DNA from: Fimicolochytrium jonesii
Lineage: Eukaryota
Direction: 5' to 3'
Assembly: GCF_025526975.1 (NCBI RefSeq)
Contig: NW_026515675.1
Coordinates: forward strand, 930,001-952,210
DNA: 22,210 bases
Made by a program: the position numbers and the translations under genes. Position 1 is the first letter of the stretch. The number at the start of each line of letters is the position of its first letter. Shown here piece after piece: positions 11,517 through 21,141 of the stretch. The notes beneath the pieces are model-generated. The model was given only the letters and a program-made list of their open reading frames with translations. It had not been told where the DNA came from and searched no databases.

Positions 11517-14500
11517 ATGGCCGAGGAAGCCGATGTCAGGGAGCTCCTGATGACCGGACAGCGTTGGATCAAAGATTTCATCGACGCCCATCTTCGATAT
11601 CGAGCGGAGTTACCTCCATCGCTACAAATCAAGTTTTCGAAGCGCATTCTTCAGTTACTGCGCCCCGGGTTCTCCTCGTCTCCACCGGCCACCGGCGGCA
11701 TCTGTTTATCAATCAACGTCCCTCCAGAAAAAGCAGACCACTTCTTCCAGGTTGTGATGAACATCGGAAACAATTTGCACGAAATTGGTCGGCTTCAGGA
11801 CGCACTAGAAATCTTCCAATTCCTCGAGCAGACTACGGACGACTCAGACGTAAACGTTCCCGCCAAGGCTGGGCAGGCCCTTTGCTACATTAGCCTGGAT
11901 GATCCTAAATGCATTGAACTCAATGAAGACTGCATGAGGATCATAGAGCTGCACATCGGAAGTGACGAGCAGAGAGAGAGCAGGCCAACGCACGCGTTCA
12001 ATCTCAGCTTGCAGTATCTGAAGTGCTACTGTGGAAACCTGCAGTACCGCGGGTTTACAGACGATCCATCTGAAATAACGCAGAAGGCATCACAGCAGCT
12101 GGACTGGATGGCAACAGCCATTTCTCGAATGGAAAGGGAAAAGCATATCTGCGAGCAGGACGTACGCGAGCGCCGTGGCCTCGTTGAAGTTCAACGGTCC
12201 AGCCTTCTGTTCAACAGGGCCAACGCGCATTTCGGGCGGAAACAGTACGAACAAGCGGATACACTCCTGAGGGAGCGGTTACAACTCCAACCTCAAGCGC
12301 CGGGTTATCTTGTCGCTCCCCTCCATCTTCTGGTTCGTACTTTGTTGGCGAGAGGAAGGCTGGCGGAAGCCTACAAAACGGCACGGGGCGCATTGGACCA
12401 GGCCCGCCAATGCGGCAGTACAGTCTTTGAAGCTAAGATCCTGGTAGAGCTGCATGGGATTGCGCAACAAATCGACAAACGTAATGCCAGGTGGTACCTG
12501 ACCGAAGCTTGCCGGTTGCAGTCGCAGGCTCCTCTCGAAGCCACACTAGCAGCGGAGCTCGTGCATGCTCTTCGCCCAGTGAGCCCCTCAAACGGAGATA
12601 TCGCCCTGATGAAAGTTTTTGAAGGCTGGCTACAAGACAAAATCAGATCGTACGGAGCTTCTACCTCGATGCCAACTCAATTATACCTGGCTATCCGTGC
12701 AGAGCAGGCAAATCTTGCATCGGAACTTGCCCGCCTCGATCCAGACCGGAAACAACAAGCGATGAAGGTTTGCCAGGAGATCTTAAACGATATGGACATG
12801 CGGATTGGAAGCAGCGAAGGCATTGGAAACATCACCGAATGGTGCCATAAAACCAGTCCCCGTCCATTGTCATCAGTGTTATGTGCTTACCTCCAGCTGC
12901 TGCAAGATGAGGAAACGGAAGATTGGAAGACCAAGCGCACCGCCATCGAGACGCGATTGAGCTCTTTGGATGATGATTTCGTGCGGACTCGTCTCGCTCT
13001 GGCACGGGTAATTCGCGGGAACGGCCGTCTGGACGATCTGGAACCGTCGTTCAAGATGCAGAACCACCGCGAGGCAAACTGGAGAACTCTGACGGACGAA
13101 GAACATCAGATCAGCGGCGCAGACGGGCTTTGGTCCGATCTTGCTCAAGTGCTCTACTCCCTGTGTAATTTCGCATTAGTTGGCGCCAACGAGAGCCAGC
13201 GCTTTCAAAAAGCAGCCTTTTACGGAGATCGTATGATCAACATCAACACGCTTAGTCTTTTGCAAGCTGTAAGTGCTGATGTTACTATTTCGTTACGTTA
13301 TTTCCAGCTTCATTTCAACAAGTTTTGCTAGCGCAAGGTCTCAGAGTTTCCTGATTGGTATCTTGGCCCCTTGCCCGCGTCGGAAAGCGCCTTTTCCGAG
13401 TCCATCGGAGCCTTAATCCGCAAACTTGAAATTACAGTGGTTCAGTACATCTTGCTGAAGGAAGTTGCCCACGACTGGTGTCTGTATACATGGGTCACTG
13501 TGCCAAATCCGACCGGTCCAATACCCTCCGTACGTTTTTTCCGTGAGAAGCTCGACGACTTGTTCAACACGCCCAGAGGTTGCGGAATGGAAGAGCTGGA
13601 GAGATTGATCGCAGTGTTTAAAGACACGATAAGAAGCGGGTCGAGCTTCTCAGAGCGGAAGAAGCGAATGGATGCTTCCGAGGCCAATGACGGCTGCTTG
13701 CATAAGTTGTACAGCATACTAATCGCGCGAATCAGCCGGGAACAGCTGTTTCCTGCCCAAGAAAACGGTGCCGTCGTTTTTGTGCCCTACGGTATACTGT
13801 GTCGGGTGCCGTTCCCAGCACTGAAACCCGCCGCGACCGGAACGTATCTCATCGAGCGCTTCCACGTCTGCACCGTGCCTTCCTTGCGCCTATTGCACTT
13901 GCTACACACTCGACGTCCCCAGGACAAAGCATTTCAACCCGTAAACCACAAAGCCTTGATTGTCGGGGATCCTAAAATGCCGACGTTTAGCGCCTCCGAA
14001 CCTGTGTCAATACCTCTTCCGGGCACGAAAAAAGAAGCAGACGACCTTGATAAGCTACTTCAGGAACGGGACGCGCGAGTCACCAAGCTCATTGGTGCTG
14101 CAGCTACGAAGTCGGCAGTTCTCGCGGAGTTGAAGTCGACAGATCCTTTGCACCTTCTGCACATTGGAACTCACGGCTCGGAATCGGATTTTCTGGAAGG
14201 CGGCGTTTACCATCCAGGTTCCTTCCTGCTAGCGCCGCCAGGATCTCAGCCTCCATACCCAACCCGAGACAAATGCACCCTCTACGCAACCGAGCTCCAG
14301 CAAACAGACCTGTCCAGCTGCCAGCTGGCCTATCTTAGTGCCTGCCAGACGGGTCTTGGTCGAGGGTCCAGCGATGGGACGATCGGTCTGAGTCGAGCAT
14401 GCTTGGTGGCTGGATGCCACGCCGTCCTTTCCTCGCTTTGGAGGATCAACGATCAGTTCAGCTCCGAATTCTGCGAAGTTTTTTACGACGAGTGGCTTAG

Positions 14501-14618
14501 GAATGGGAAATCGCAGCTGTCGGCGTATCGAATTGCCATGATGAAAGGCGTTAAGAAAGGGCTGAATCCTGCACTGTGGGCACCGTTTGCAATTGTCACG
14601 GCCGATCTCGCTCGCTAA
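11517..14618 (+). CDS. TPR-CHAT (caspase/HetF-like) protease, ~1012 aa; one intron 13269-13331 (an additional 5' exon is possible)
   Basis: The two long ORFs join in frame through GCT|gtaagt...ttttgctag|CGC. Helical TPR-like N-terminus (GNNLHEIGRLQDALEIFQ; LARGRLAEAYKTARGAL). CHAT motifs: VPYGILCRVPFPAL, ALIVGDP, LPGTKKEA, catalytic LHIGTHG and LSACQTG, LSSLWRINDQ, WAPF. Confidence 0.9.
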
Positions 14619-15001
14619 TGCCTCACTCAAATTCTGTACGATATCGTACGATAAGCGACCGGAGGATGCGATGCGCGAGCTACAGTTGTTGAGCTTTATG
14701 CGGGGGATGGGGAGGTGGGCGGTGCACAATGGGAGCGCGTATAAATCGAAAGTTTCCGGCGGCTCACTTGACTCTGTCTTTGATGGTCTAGAGGGCCTTC
14801 GTGTATGTCTCCTGACTTTTTCGAGCTAATACAGTTGGCGGCTTCCGCAGCTTGTAGGTGCACATTTAGACTTTCATCCGGATATGTATTTGTGACATCG
14901 TAAAAAAATACGCCAAGAATGTATCTGCAAATAGTATATGTATGCAGCGATTGCTCTGATCCATATGAGAGCGTACGATACCCCTCGTCTCCTCGTTTCC
15001 T

Positions 15002-15505
15002 TCACGACCGAGTGATCTCCAGCCAAACAAGGCCGCCAGACAACTGTATCTGCATCGAGCTAGTCTGTCCTGCAGGTATTTCTTCCACCTGGATAACCAT
15101 GTGTCCAAGCCGTTTCTCGGCGCTCTTATCCGTCCTTGTCTCACGCAATTCCACAAGCAGCGCCTTGGGGGGTACGTTCAATGGCTTTGGAGTTAATAGA
15201 TTCACATCTGCCTGGGCGCCGACGTATCCACTCCAATGCATCCTGTTCTGTGTCACTATATTCATTGCCTGCGCACGTGCGGCAGCCATCGCGGGTGTTA
15301 CCACCGCTACCCCCGGCTGTGGGGGGGCCGGGTCGTGGAAGATGACGGGGTCGTCACGAAAAAACAGGCTCGTGGCGTCGCATCGAGACGGGTAGATCGA
15401 GTAAGTATCACCCAGCCGCGAGAGCCGGATGTGGAGGAAGTGTTTGTCGTGCGGGTCTGGCGCGACATTTGTTGTCTGCTTGATGCGGACCGTGTAGCTT
15501 GAGCG
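15002..15505 (-). pseudogene. 5'-truncated ORF with C2-domain-like beta-sandwich pattern, cut by an LTR insertion
   Basis: The frame is open for 168 codons from the LTR edge to TGA: RSSYTVRIKQ...FLHIRL...LLVELRETRTDKSAEKRLGHMVIQVEEIPAGQ...GGLVWLEITRS. The C2 assignment is by eye. Confidence 0.45.
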
Positions 15506-16094
15506 TGTTATGATCTCGACGACTGAGGCGGAAGCGAAGTAGAGAAGACAAGGCGAGAGCGATGGGCGACAAGAGATTGTATTGGCGAAACAAGAGACAA
15601 GGACTAGAACAAGAGACGAGAAGAACTGGTGTTGATCTGCTGGGGAGGAAGGGAATGGACGAAGAGAGGCCGGCTATTTATAGATAGACAACCCAGCAGA
15701 TCAAAGAACAACAACAAGAGGGGACTGGGGGGGCGCCAGCTATGCTCCTAGAGCGGGCGTGGCGAGCGTAGAGAGCATTGCTACAGCTGCTGGCTATGGA
15801 GAGGTAGTGGGGGTGTGGAGAAGCCATGGGGGGATTGGCGAAATGAGAGGAGAGAGGAGGAGTGGCGATATTGCGGGAGGATTGGCAAAATGAGAGGAGA
15901 GAGGGGGCTTGGCGAAATGAGAGGAGAGAGGAGGAGTGGCGATATTGCGGGAGGATTGGCGAAATGAGAGGAGAGAGGGGAAGTGGCGTTGACATTGGCA
16001 TTGACATTGGCATTGACATTGTCATTGACATTGGCGTTTGACATTGGCAGCTGTCAGTAGGTAAGATTATGGTATGAGCGCGTCGTCCATAACA
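15506..16094 (-). mobile_element. 3' LTR (589 bp) of Ty3/gypsy chromovirus, element 1
   Basis: Minus strand runs TGTTATG...CATAACA (7-bp terminal inverted repeat). It is preceded by the polypurine tract AAAGGGAGGGG (16098-16108). Internal TATAAATA at 15675-15682. Confidence 0.8.
15833..16050. repeat. Tandem repeats inside LTR 1
   Basis: Four copies of the TTGGC(G/A)AAATGAGAGGAGAGAGG core, followed by ~12-bp GACATTGGCATT units. Confidence 0.8.
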
Positions 16095-16106
16095 TCACCC
16101 CTCCCT

Positions 16107-16447
16107 TTAGCGGCGGCGGCGGCGGCGTCGAGTCTGGTGTGGTCACAGAGGAGGAGCACCGGGGACGGAGGAAGGCTTGTTGGGGTATGCGCTGTGGAAG
16201 TCTTTGAGGAGTGGGTTGGTATGGGTGAGGTGTTCCCCGGGTTCCCAGGTGTTCTCGGAGTCAGGCCAGTTTTGCCCTTTGCCCAAGTACTGAAGGTGAC
16301 GACAATGGATGCGGGAGTCGAGGATGGCTTCGACACCCCATTCTTCTTGCCCCTCAACGTTCTCGGGGGGCGCAGGTTTGGGTTCGTGTCGTTTGGCAAT
16401 GGTGTAGCAGGGTTTGAGAAGGCAGACATGGAAGACATTGTGGATTT
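16107..16447 (-). pseudogene. Integrase C-terminus + chromodomain remnant of element 1
   Basis: IHNVFHVCLLKP...EEWGVEAILDSRI...LQYL...DSENTWEP..HL, with an in-frame TGA before a terminal RRRRR*. Confidence 0.88.
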
Positions 16448-16743
16448 TGTAAGTAGGCTCTCGGGGATATCTCATCTTCACTTGTATTTCATATTATATC
16501 TCTTTACTTCTACTTGATCCGAGACCCGGGCTGGCCACCCAAGCTCTCGGTGATACATTACATAAGGCGCCAAGCCTCACTAAAGCCACGCAAGCCCCAC
16601 TGGCAGCCTATATGATAAGCTGTCAGTCGAGCGGCCGCTGCGAAGAGCTTCTTACTTTTTTCTTCACTACAATACACTGCTCTCAGCCCTCTCAGAAGGG
16701 CCCAATATCGTCTACGTTTCCTCTGACGTTATATGGTAGCACC
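16448..16743 (+). mobile_element. Probable 5' LTR (16448-16733) and primer-binding site (16734-16743) of element 2, nested in element 1
   Basis: TGTAA starts exactly where element-1 integrase similarity stops. The segment ends TTATA (probably a mutated TTACA), followed by TGGTAGCACC, which resembles a tRNA-iMet PBS. An alternative boundary TGTATT..AATACA (16483-16676) is possible. Confidence 0.6.
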
Positions 16744-16827
16744 ACCTACCGCTAGCATCACCAAGACATTCCTCGTCAACGTCGCCCCTCTACCGGACGT
16801 CGCCCTTACACTCGTTCACAAGCAAGA

Positions 16828-17196
16828 ATGGACCACCAAACTCAAGCTATCGTTGCGGCTGTTGCAGCTGCTTTCGCTACTCGGGAGCGTGCTGTTACGC
16901 AAGACACCCAATGAGCCGAACGTTTCAGACTTCTTACAGACGCTCGCAAGAACAAGCTCGTCGAATACGATGGCGCCAAAGCTGCCAAAAAGATCGAAGA
17001 GTTTGTTACGCCTCACAGGAACTTCCTCGAGTCTCTCACTGTCCCGGCTGTACAAGCTGGACCAGACGGTACTGGAGCTGCCAACGCCATAGCCTTTACT
17101 ATGACAGAGTACGCTCCTACGCTCACTACCTACCTCAAGGGTACTGCTCTCGAGTGGTACAATACGACTTACGCCGTCGGCGCTCCCGCAACTTGG
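16828..17196 (+). pseudogene. Ty3/gypsy gag N-terminal fragment (element 2)
   Basis: Read manually, absent from the ORF track: MDHQTQAIVAAV...Q*AERF...EYDGAKAAKKIEEF...YLKGTALEWYN...PATW, a retrotransposon capsid pattern. TGA at 16912. Confidence 0.75.
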
Positions 17197-17213
17197 ACCC
17201 TAACCCTAACCCT
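17197..17213 (-). repeat. Short interstitial telomeric sequence, ~3 units, inverted relative to the main arrays
   Basis: ACCCTAACCCTAACCCT exactly at the gag/chromodomain junction. Confidence 0.85.
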
Positions 17214-17841
17214 GATAACCGAGCCATTTGACTAGAAGATTTCGTATGGCACATCGCTCGTCGATGATATCTTCCACAACCCATTCAGGTTGTCCGCGTT
17301 CTTCAGTTGGTGGAGGAGGTTGTGGAACTGCACGTTGCGGATATTGCTCTTCGCGATGTGGTCGTAAAATATCGACGTGAAAGACGGGCCAGATGCCGCT
17401 GATCTTTGATGGTGATAAATCGAGTTCGTAGGTATCAGGATGTGCTCCCAGTGCGATAATTTTGAATGGTCCAATCCAAGTAGCTGAGTATCAAAGTCCT
17501 CTTCGAGCGTCTACTTCTAGGTTGATTCCTTGTCGATTTAGATCGACGAGGTCGCCAATTTTATATGCAATTGGCGTTCGACCTTTGTCGTGTTGACGTG
17601 CGAATTGATCTTGCGATCTCTGAAGGTTTTCGCGTACGATACAGGCGATGTCTTCTTGCCCTTTCTTGAAGAGTTCGATTTGTTTTCGATCTACAGCTCG
17701 AAGTTTGAGTTCTTGTCCTTCGAGTGTTGGATTCCAACCCGGGAGGATTGGAGAGCGTGCGAGATCTACTTCGAATGGCGATAAACCTTCATATTCCTCC
17801 CTCGGAGCGGTATTGTATGCGAATTCGATTAAAGGCAATAG
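17214..17841 (-). pseudogene. Ty3/gypsy integrase core end + GPF motif + partial chromodomain (element 3)
   Basis: LPLIEFAYN...SPFE...YKIGDLV...*...WIGPFKII...TYELDL...WPVFHVDILRP...EWVVEDIIDER...LVKWLGY. One in-frame TGA at 17491-17493. Confidence 0.9.
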
Positions 17842-17842
17842 T

Positions 17843-17977
17843 TTAGGGTTAGGGTTAGGGTTAGGGTTAGGGTTAGGGTTAGGGTTAGGGTTAGGGTTAG
17901 GGTTAGGGTTAGGGTTAGGGTTAGGGTTAGGGTTAGGGTTAGGGTTAGGGTTAGGGTTAGGGTTAGGGTTAGGGTTA
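17843..17977 (+). repeat. Telomeric array 1, (TTAGGG) x ~22
   Basis: Perfect TTAGGG tandem. Confidence 0.98.
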
Positions 17978-19014
17978 CAAGACCCCCTGGGTTGGGTTTT
18001 ATTATTGGGTTGCCTGGAACCCTAGGGACTTAGAAATTTTCGAGTTTTTTGGCTTTTGGGTGTGTTCTACAGTTCGAATTTTTGACTCTGAGGGATGTAG
18101 TGGCGGGGGGTGTTGCGCACCTAGGCAAGTCGGGGAGGACTAGGTGTGCAAGGGCAAGTGATGGGTCATATGGGCGGTGGTGCGGGTACGGGGGGCGGCA
18201 GGGGTGCCAATAGGGGGGGGGGGGGGTTGATATAAAGGGGACATATATGTTATATATACGTTATAGGACTTGTGCAAATTGGGATTTTTCTAGTGCCGAT
18301 CCGGAGTTGGCGTCCTAATTGAAAAGTTGGCCCCATATCATATTCTCTAATTGAAGTACTCTCGGATTGGCAATCCGTGCGGAAACGGCTTCAGAAACTT
18401 AGAAAAACGAAATTTTCACGCGACGGGGGGTAAAAAGTTGGAAAATGTGGTGATATCTCAACATCTGGCTGACTATCCAGTGTAGGGCACTTAATGAAAG
18501 TTGATTGTAGCCTATGGTTTGCATAGCTGATGTGGTAGCAAATCTTGTGTAACCTCGCTTTTGGCTGAAGAACAGGGCCCCTTTTCAATTCTCAAGTAGT
18601 GACCCCCAAGACCTCCTAACAAAAGACACGAGTACGTATGTGCAGGCAAAGGGGTTTGGCTGTGTTCTCCAGTAAACATTTTGTGATTCCGCTGTGCATC
18701 GTAGACTGTTTGTAGGACCCTTGCGGAATGTCATTTACCAAAACTGTTGAACATTTTCCGGTTAAAGCAGTGTTCTACAGTTTGTCCATGCAGGTTAGAG
18801 CACGTGACCTGGGCTTGCTTGCAGGGTACGCAGAGTGAGAGGGTTGGGGTTAGAGATTTCCCAGATCACTTATTAAATTCAGCCAAACTGTCTCTGTCAT
18901 GGAACATTTAAAATGGTGGAAAGTAGTATTGCATTTATTGATTTAGAGTACATTGGAAAAGCGCACATTCAGAAAAGGGTTTTGGTGTAAAGTTATCAAC
19001 GACATTCAACAGTA

Positions 19015-20583
19015 CTAAAGGACTTCCGCAAGCATGTCACGGACTTGGTTCTGTCCAAAAGTCGTACGGCACTCAGGGTACCTGGCGCAGCGGAGACGGA
19101 AACGATGCTGACCGCCAATGCTATGAAAAGCTGAGCCTCCACAGTTGGGACATTGAAGCTGATCACGATGCTGATGGAAGAGTTCACGGATATTGCCAAT
19201 GGGAGCAGCATCAGGCACTTCCCCATCCCCATGACCCCACCAAGCACGAGCAGGATCAATGACGGGTGCAATGCCTTTGAACCATCCGGGATTGAAACCA
19301 AAAGAGTTGAGAACATCTCGGAAGCGCTGACAGTCTGTCACAGTAGTCTGTCCATTGCGATCTCCTCTGAATAGAACTCTGGTGGCAGCGTCCATGATGC
19401 CATTGATGAGACCGTAGTACTCTTCCACCGGCACAAGCTTCAAGGAGTTTGCGCCCATGTGCTGGAAAATGGTCTCGATCTGGTCCAAATGGAGATTCAA
19501 AACCATCTGTTCCGCTGATTCCAACCTGGCGCACTGAACTCGCACTTCAACTCGCATGCCAGTAATGTGGAGCGGGTGACTGTTGAGCCATTGACGTAAA
19601 CCTCTCAGTGTCTCACTGCGATCACCAAGGCTGGACTTGGTTTGGGGCATTCGCGAAGACAAAGTCGAGGAGTAGGCTTTCAGCGCATGAACAAGCTTTG
19701 GGTAGCAAGTAACCCGAACATTGGCGTGACCCGCAATGTCAAAGCGGGTGGACCCAAATCCCTCACCAAGGATGGTGAGCATGGGAAAGGTGGCGCCAAC
19801 TCCACGTCCATTGTAGCGAACCAAAGGAATGACCCCATGAGTGTTCAACGTCTGACCAATGTCCCATGTGTTCAGTGCAGCATTGGGATGGTTGCTCACT
19901 TCCTGATCAAAGGAATAAGCTGGCAAAGTCCGAATGCGTTGCTTCATTCCATACTGCACAATGCGTACAGAGGGTGACACAGCACCAATGATGTCCTGGA
20001 ATCCAGACATCAACAGATTTTGCCGCCCAGCAATCAATCGTGAGTGATCCGTGCTTTCCCTCACGATGATCGAATGTTCATTGTGAAGTAACTCAAGAAT
20101 CCTTGCCTTTGACTCTGGATTGAATGGAATGCTAATGATACAAGGTCTGCTAGCGATCCGCATCCAACCGGCGAAAGCTTCACTGTCCTTGATATGCTGC
20201 ATCACTCCAGACAGTTCAACCAAGGTGAAGGCACCAAAGAGGGTGGTCAGCTTTGTGGTAGGGAGCGTAAAGGCCATCCAGTCCACATCAAAGTAGCCAG
20301 TACTGCGAAAGACCCCAAACTGCTCATCCTGAGGGGCAGGAGAGTGATGGTGTTCCTCATCTGAAGAGCTTGAGCGAGAAGTTGGCAACTCGATGTCCTC
20401 ACGCCCCTCATCACTATGATGATGAAAGTTGGAGCCGTTTGAACCAGAAATGGACAACTCCACATCCAAACTGCCGATGCTGGATGAGGTCTGGGAGATT
20501 TCGACCTGAAGGCTGGTGTTTGACATGGATGAGGTAAGGCTCGACGGCGAAAGGGTGTTGTTGGTGAATGCGGTGAAAGGCAT
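19015..20583 (-). CDS. 522-aa intronless protein of unknown function; disordered S-rich N-terminus, alpha/beta core, C-terminal C4 Zn ribbon
   Basis: Long uninterrupted ORF with upstream TATAAAA (20693-20699, minus strand). CPNCGG-x-CARYPEC resembles the topoisomerase C4 zinc finger. Confidence 0.85.
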   Translation of the reverse strand: MPFTAFTNNTLSPSSLTSSMSNTSLQVEISQTSSSIGSLDVELSISGSNGSNFHHHSDEGREDIELPTSRSSSSDEEHHHSPAPQDEQFGVFRSTGYFDVDWMAFTLPTTKLTTLFGAFTLVELSGVMQHIKDSEAFAGWMRIASRPCIISIPFNPESKARILELLHNEHSIIVRESTDHSRLIAGRQNLLMSGFQDIIGAVSPSVRIVQYGMKQRIRTLPAYSFDQEVSNHPNAALNTWDIGQTLNTHGVIPLVRYNGRGVGATFPMLTILGEGFGSTRFDIAGHANVRVTCYPKLVHALKAYSSTLSSRMPQTKSSLGDRSETLRGLRQWLNSHPLHITGMRVEVRVQCARLESAEQMVLNLHLDQIETIFQHMGANSLKLVPVEEYYGLINGIMDAATRVLFRGDRNGQTTVTDCQRFRDVLNSFGFNPGWFKGIAPVIDPARAWWGHGDGEVPDAAPIGNIRELFHQHRDQLQCPNCGGSAFHSIGGQHRFRLRCARYPECRTTFGQNQVRDMLAEVL

Positions 20584-20692
20584 GGTGTCGGCCCTGGTGT
20601 TGGCAATGGTATTGGTGTTGGTATTGGCGTAGGTGCTGAAACGTGGTGGTGGTGCGTGCTTTTGGAGGGAGGGAATCTGAACAGCCCTCTCC

Positions 20693-20699
20693 TTTTATA
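20693..20699 (-). promoter_or_regulatory. TATA box of the unit A ORF
   Basis: TATAAAA ~110 bp upstream of the ATG at 20583. Confidence 0.55.
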
Positions 20700-20736
20700 A
20701 AAGTCTGGCCAAAGGCAACCTGGAGCTGTTCTTCAG

Positions 20737-20874
20737 TTTTTTTCTGCAACCCTCCCCTTTTTTTTTCCTAACTTTTTTTTCTTCCTTTTTTTTTTTTCAC
20801 TAATCCTTTTTTTCTCGACTTTTTTTTTCACTAATCCTTGTTTTTTTCCTGACTTTTTTTTTCCACTAATCCTT
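20737..20874. repeat. T-tract-rich degenerate repeats at the distal end of unit A
   Basis: CACTAATCC at 20798, 20829 and 20864, separated by long T runs. Confidence 0.75.
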
Positions 20875-21141
20875 TTAGGGTTAGGGTTAACCCTAGGGTT
20901 AGGGTTAGGGTTAGGGTTAGGGTTAGGGTTAGGGTTAGGGTTAGGGTTAGGGTTAGGGTTAGGGGTTAGGGTTAGGGTTAGGGTTAGGGTTAGGGTAGGG
21001 TTAGGGTTAGGGTTAGGGTTAGGGTTAGGGTTAGGGTTAGGGTTAGGGTTAGGGTTAGGGTTAGGGTTAGGGTTAGGGTTAGGGTTAGGGTTAGGGTTAG
21101 GGTTAGGGTTAGGGTTAGGGTTAGGGTTAGGGTTAGGGTTA
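20875..21141 (+). repeat. Telomeric array 2, ~44 units with variants
   Basis: TTAGGG tandem containing one inverted unit (20889-20894), one TTAGGGG and one TAGGG. Confidence 0.98.

Larger units (their letters stand above)
17978..20874 (-). mobile_element. Unit A: 2.9-kb telomere-embedded element with a single ORF
   Basis: Bounded by TTAGGG arrays on both sides. Its first ~400 bp recur near-identically at 21810-22210 with the same junction. No TIR, LTR or 3' poly(A) seen. Confidence 0.7.

Noticed and set aside
15678..16044. Repetitive ORFs (MSM.../NANV...)
   Set aside because: They are translations of tandem repeats inside the LTR.
16733..17092. 119-aa ORF starting MVAPP
   Set aside because: The ATG overlaps the LTR end/PBS. 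The gag-like sequence is in another frame starting at 16828.
17978..20874. Unit A as Penelope-like, non-LTR or Helitron element
   Set aside because: I found no RT, GIY-YIG, HUH or helicase motif, no hammerhead core and no 3' poly(A) by eye. A non-autonomous derivative is not excluded.
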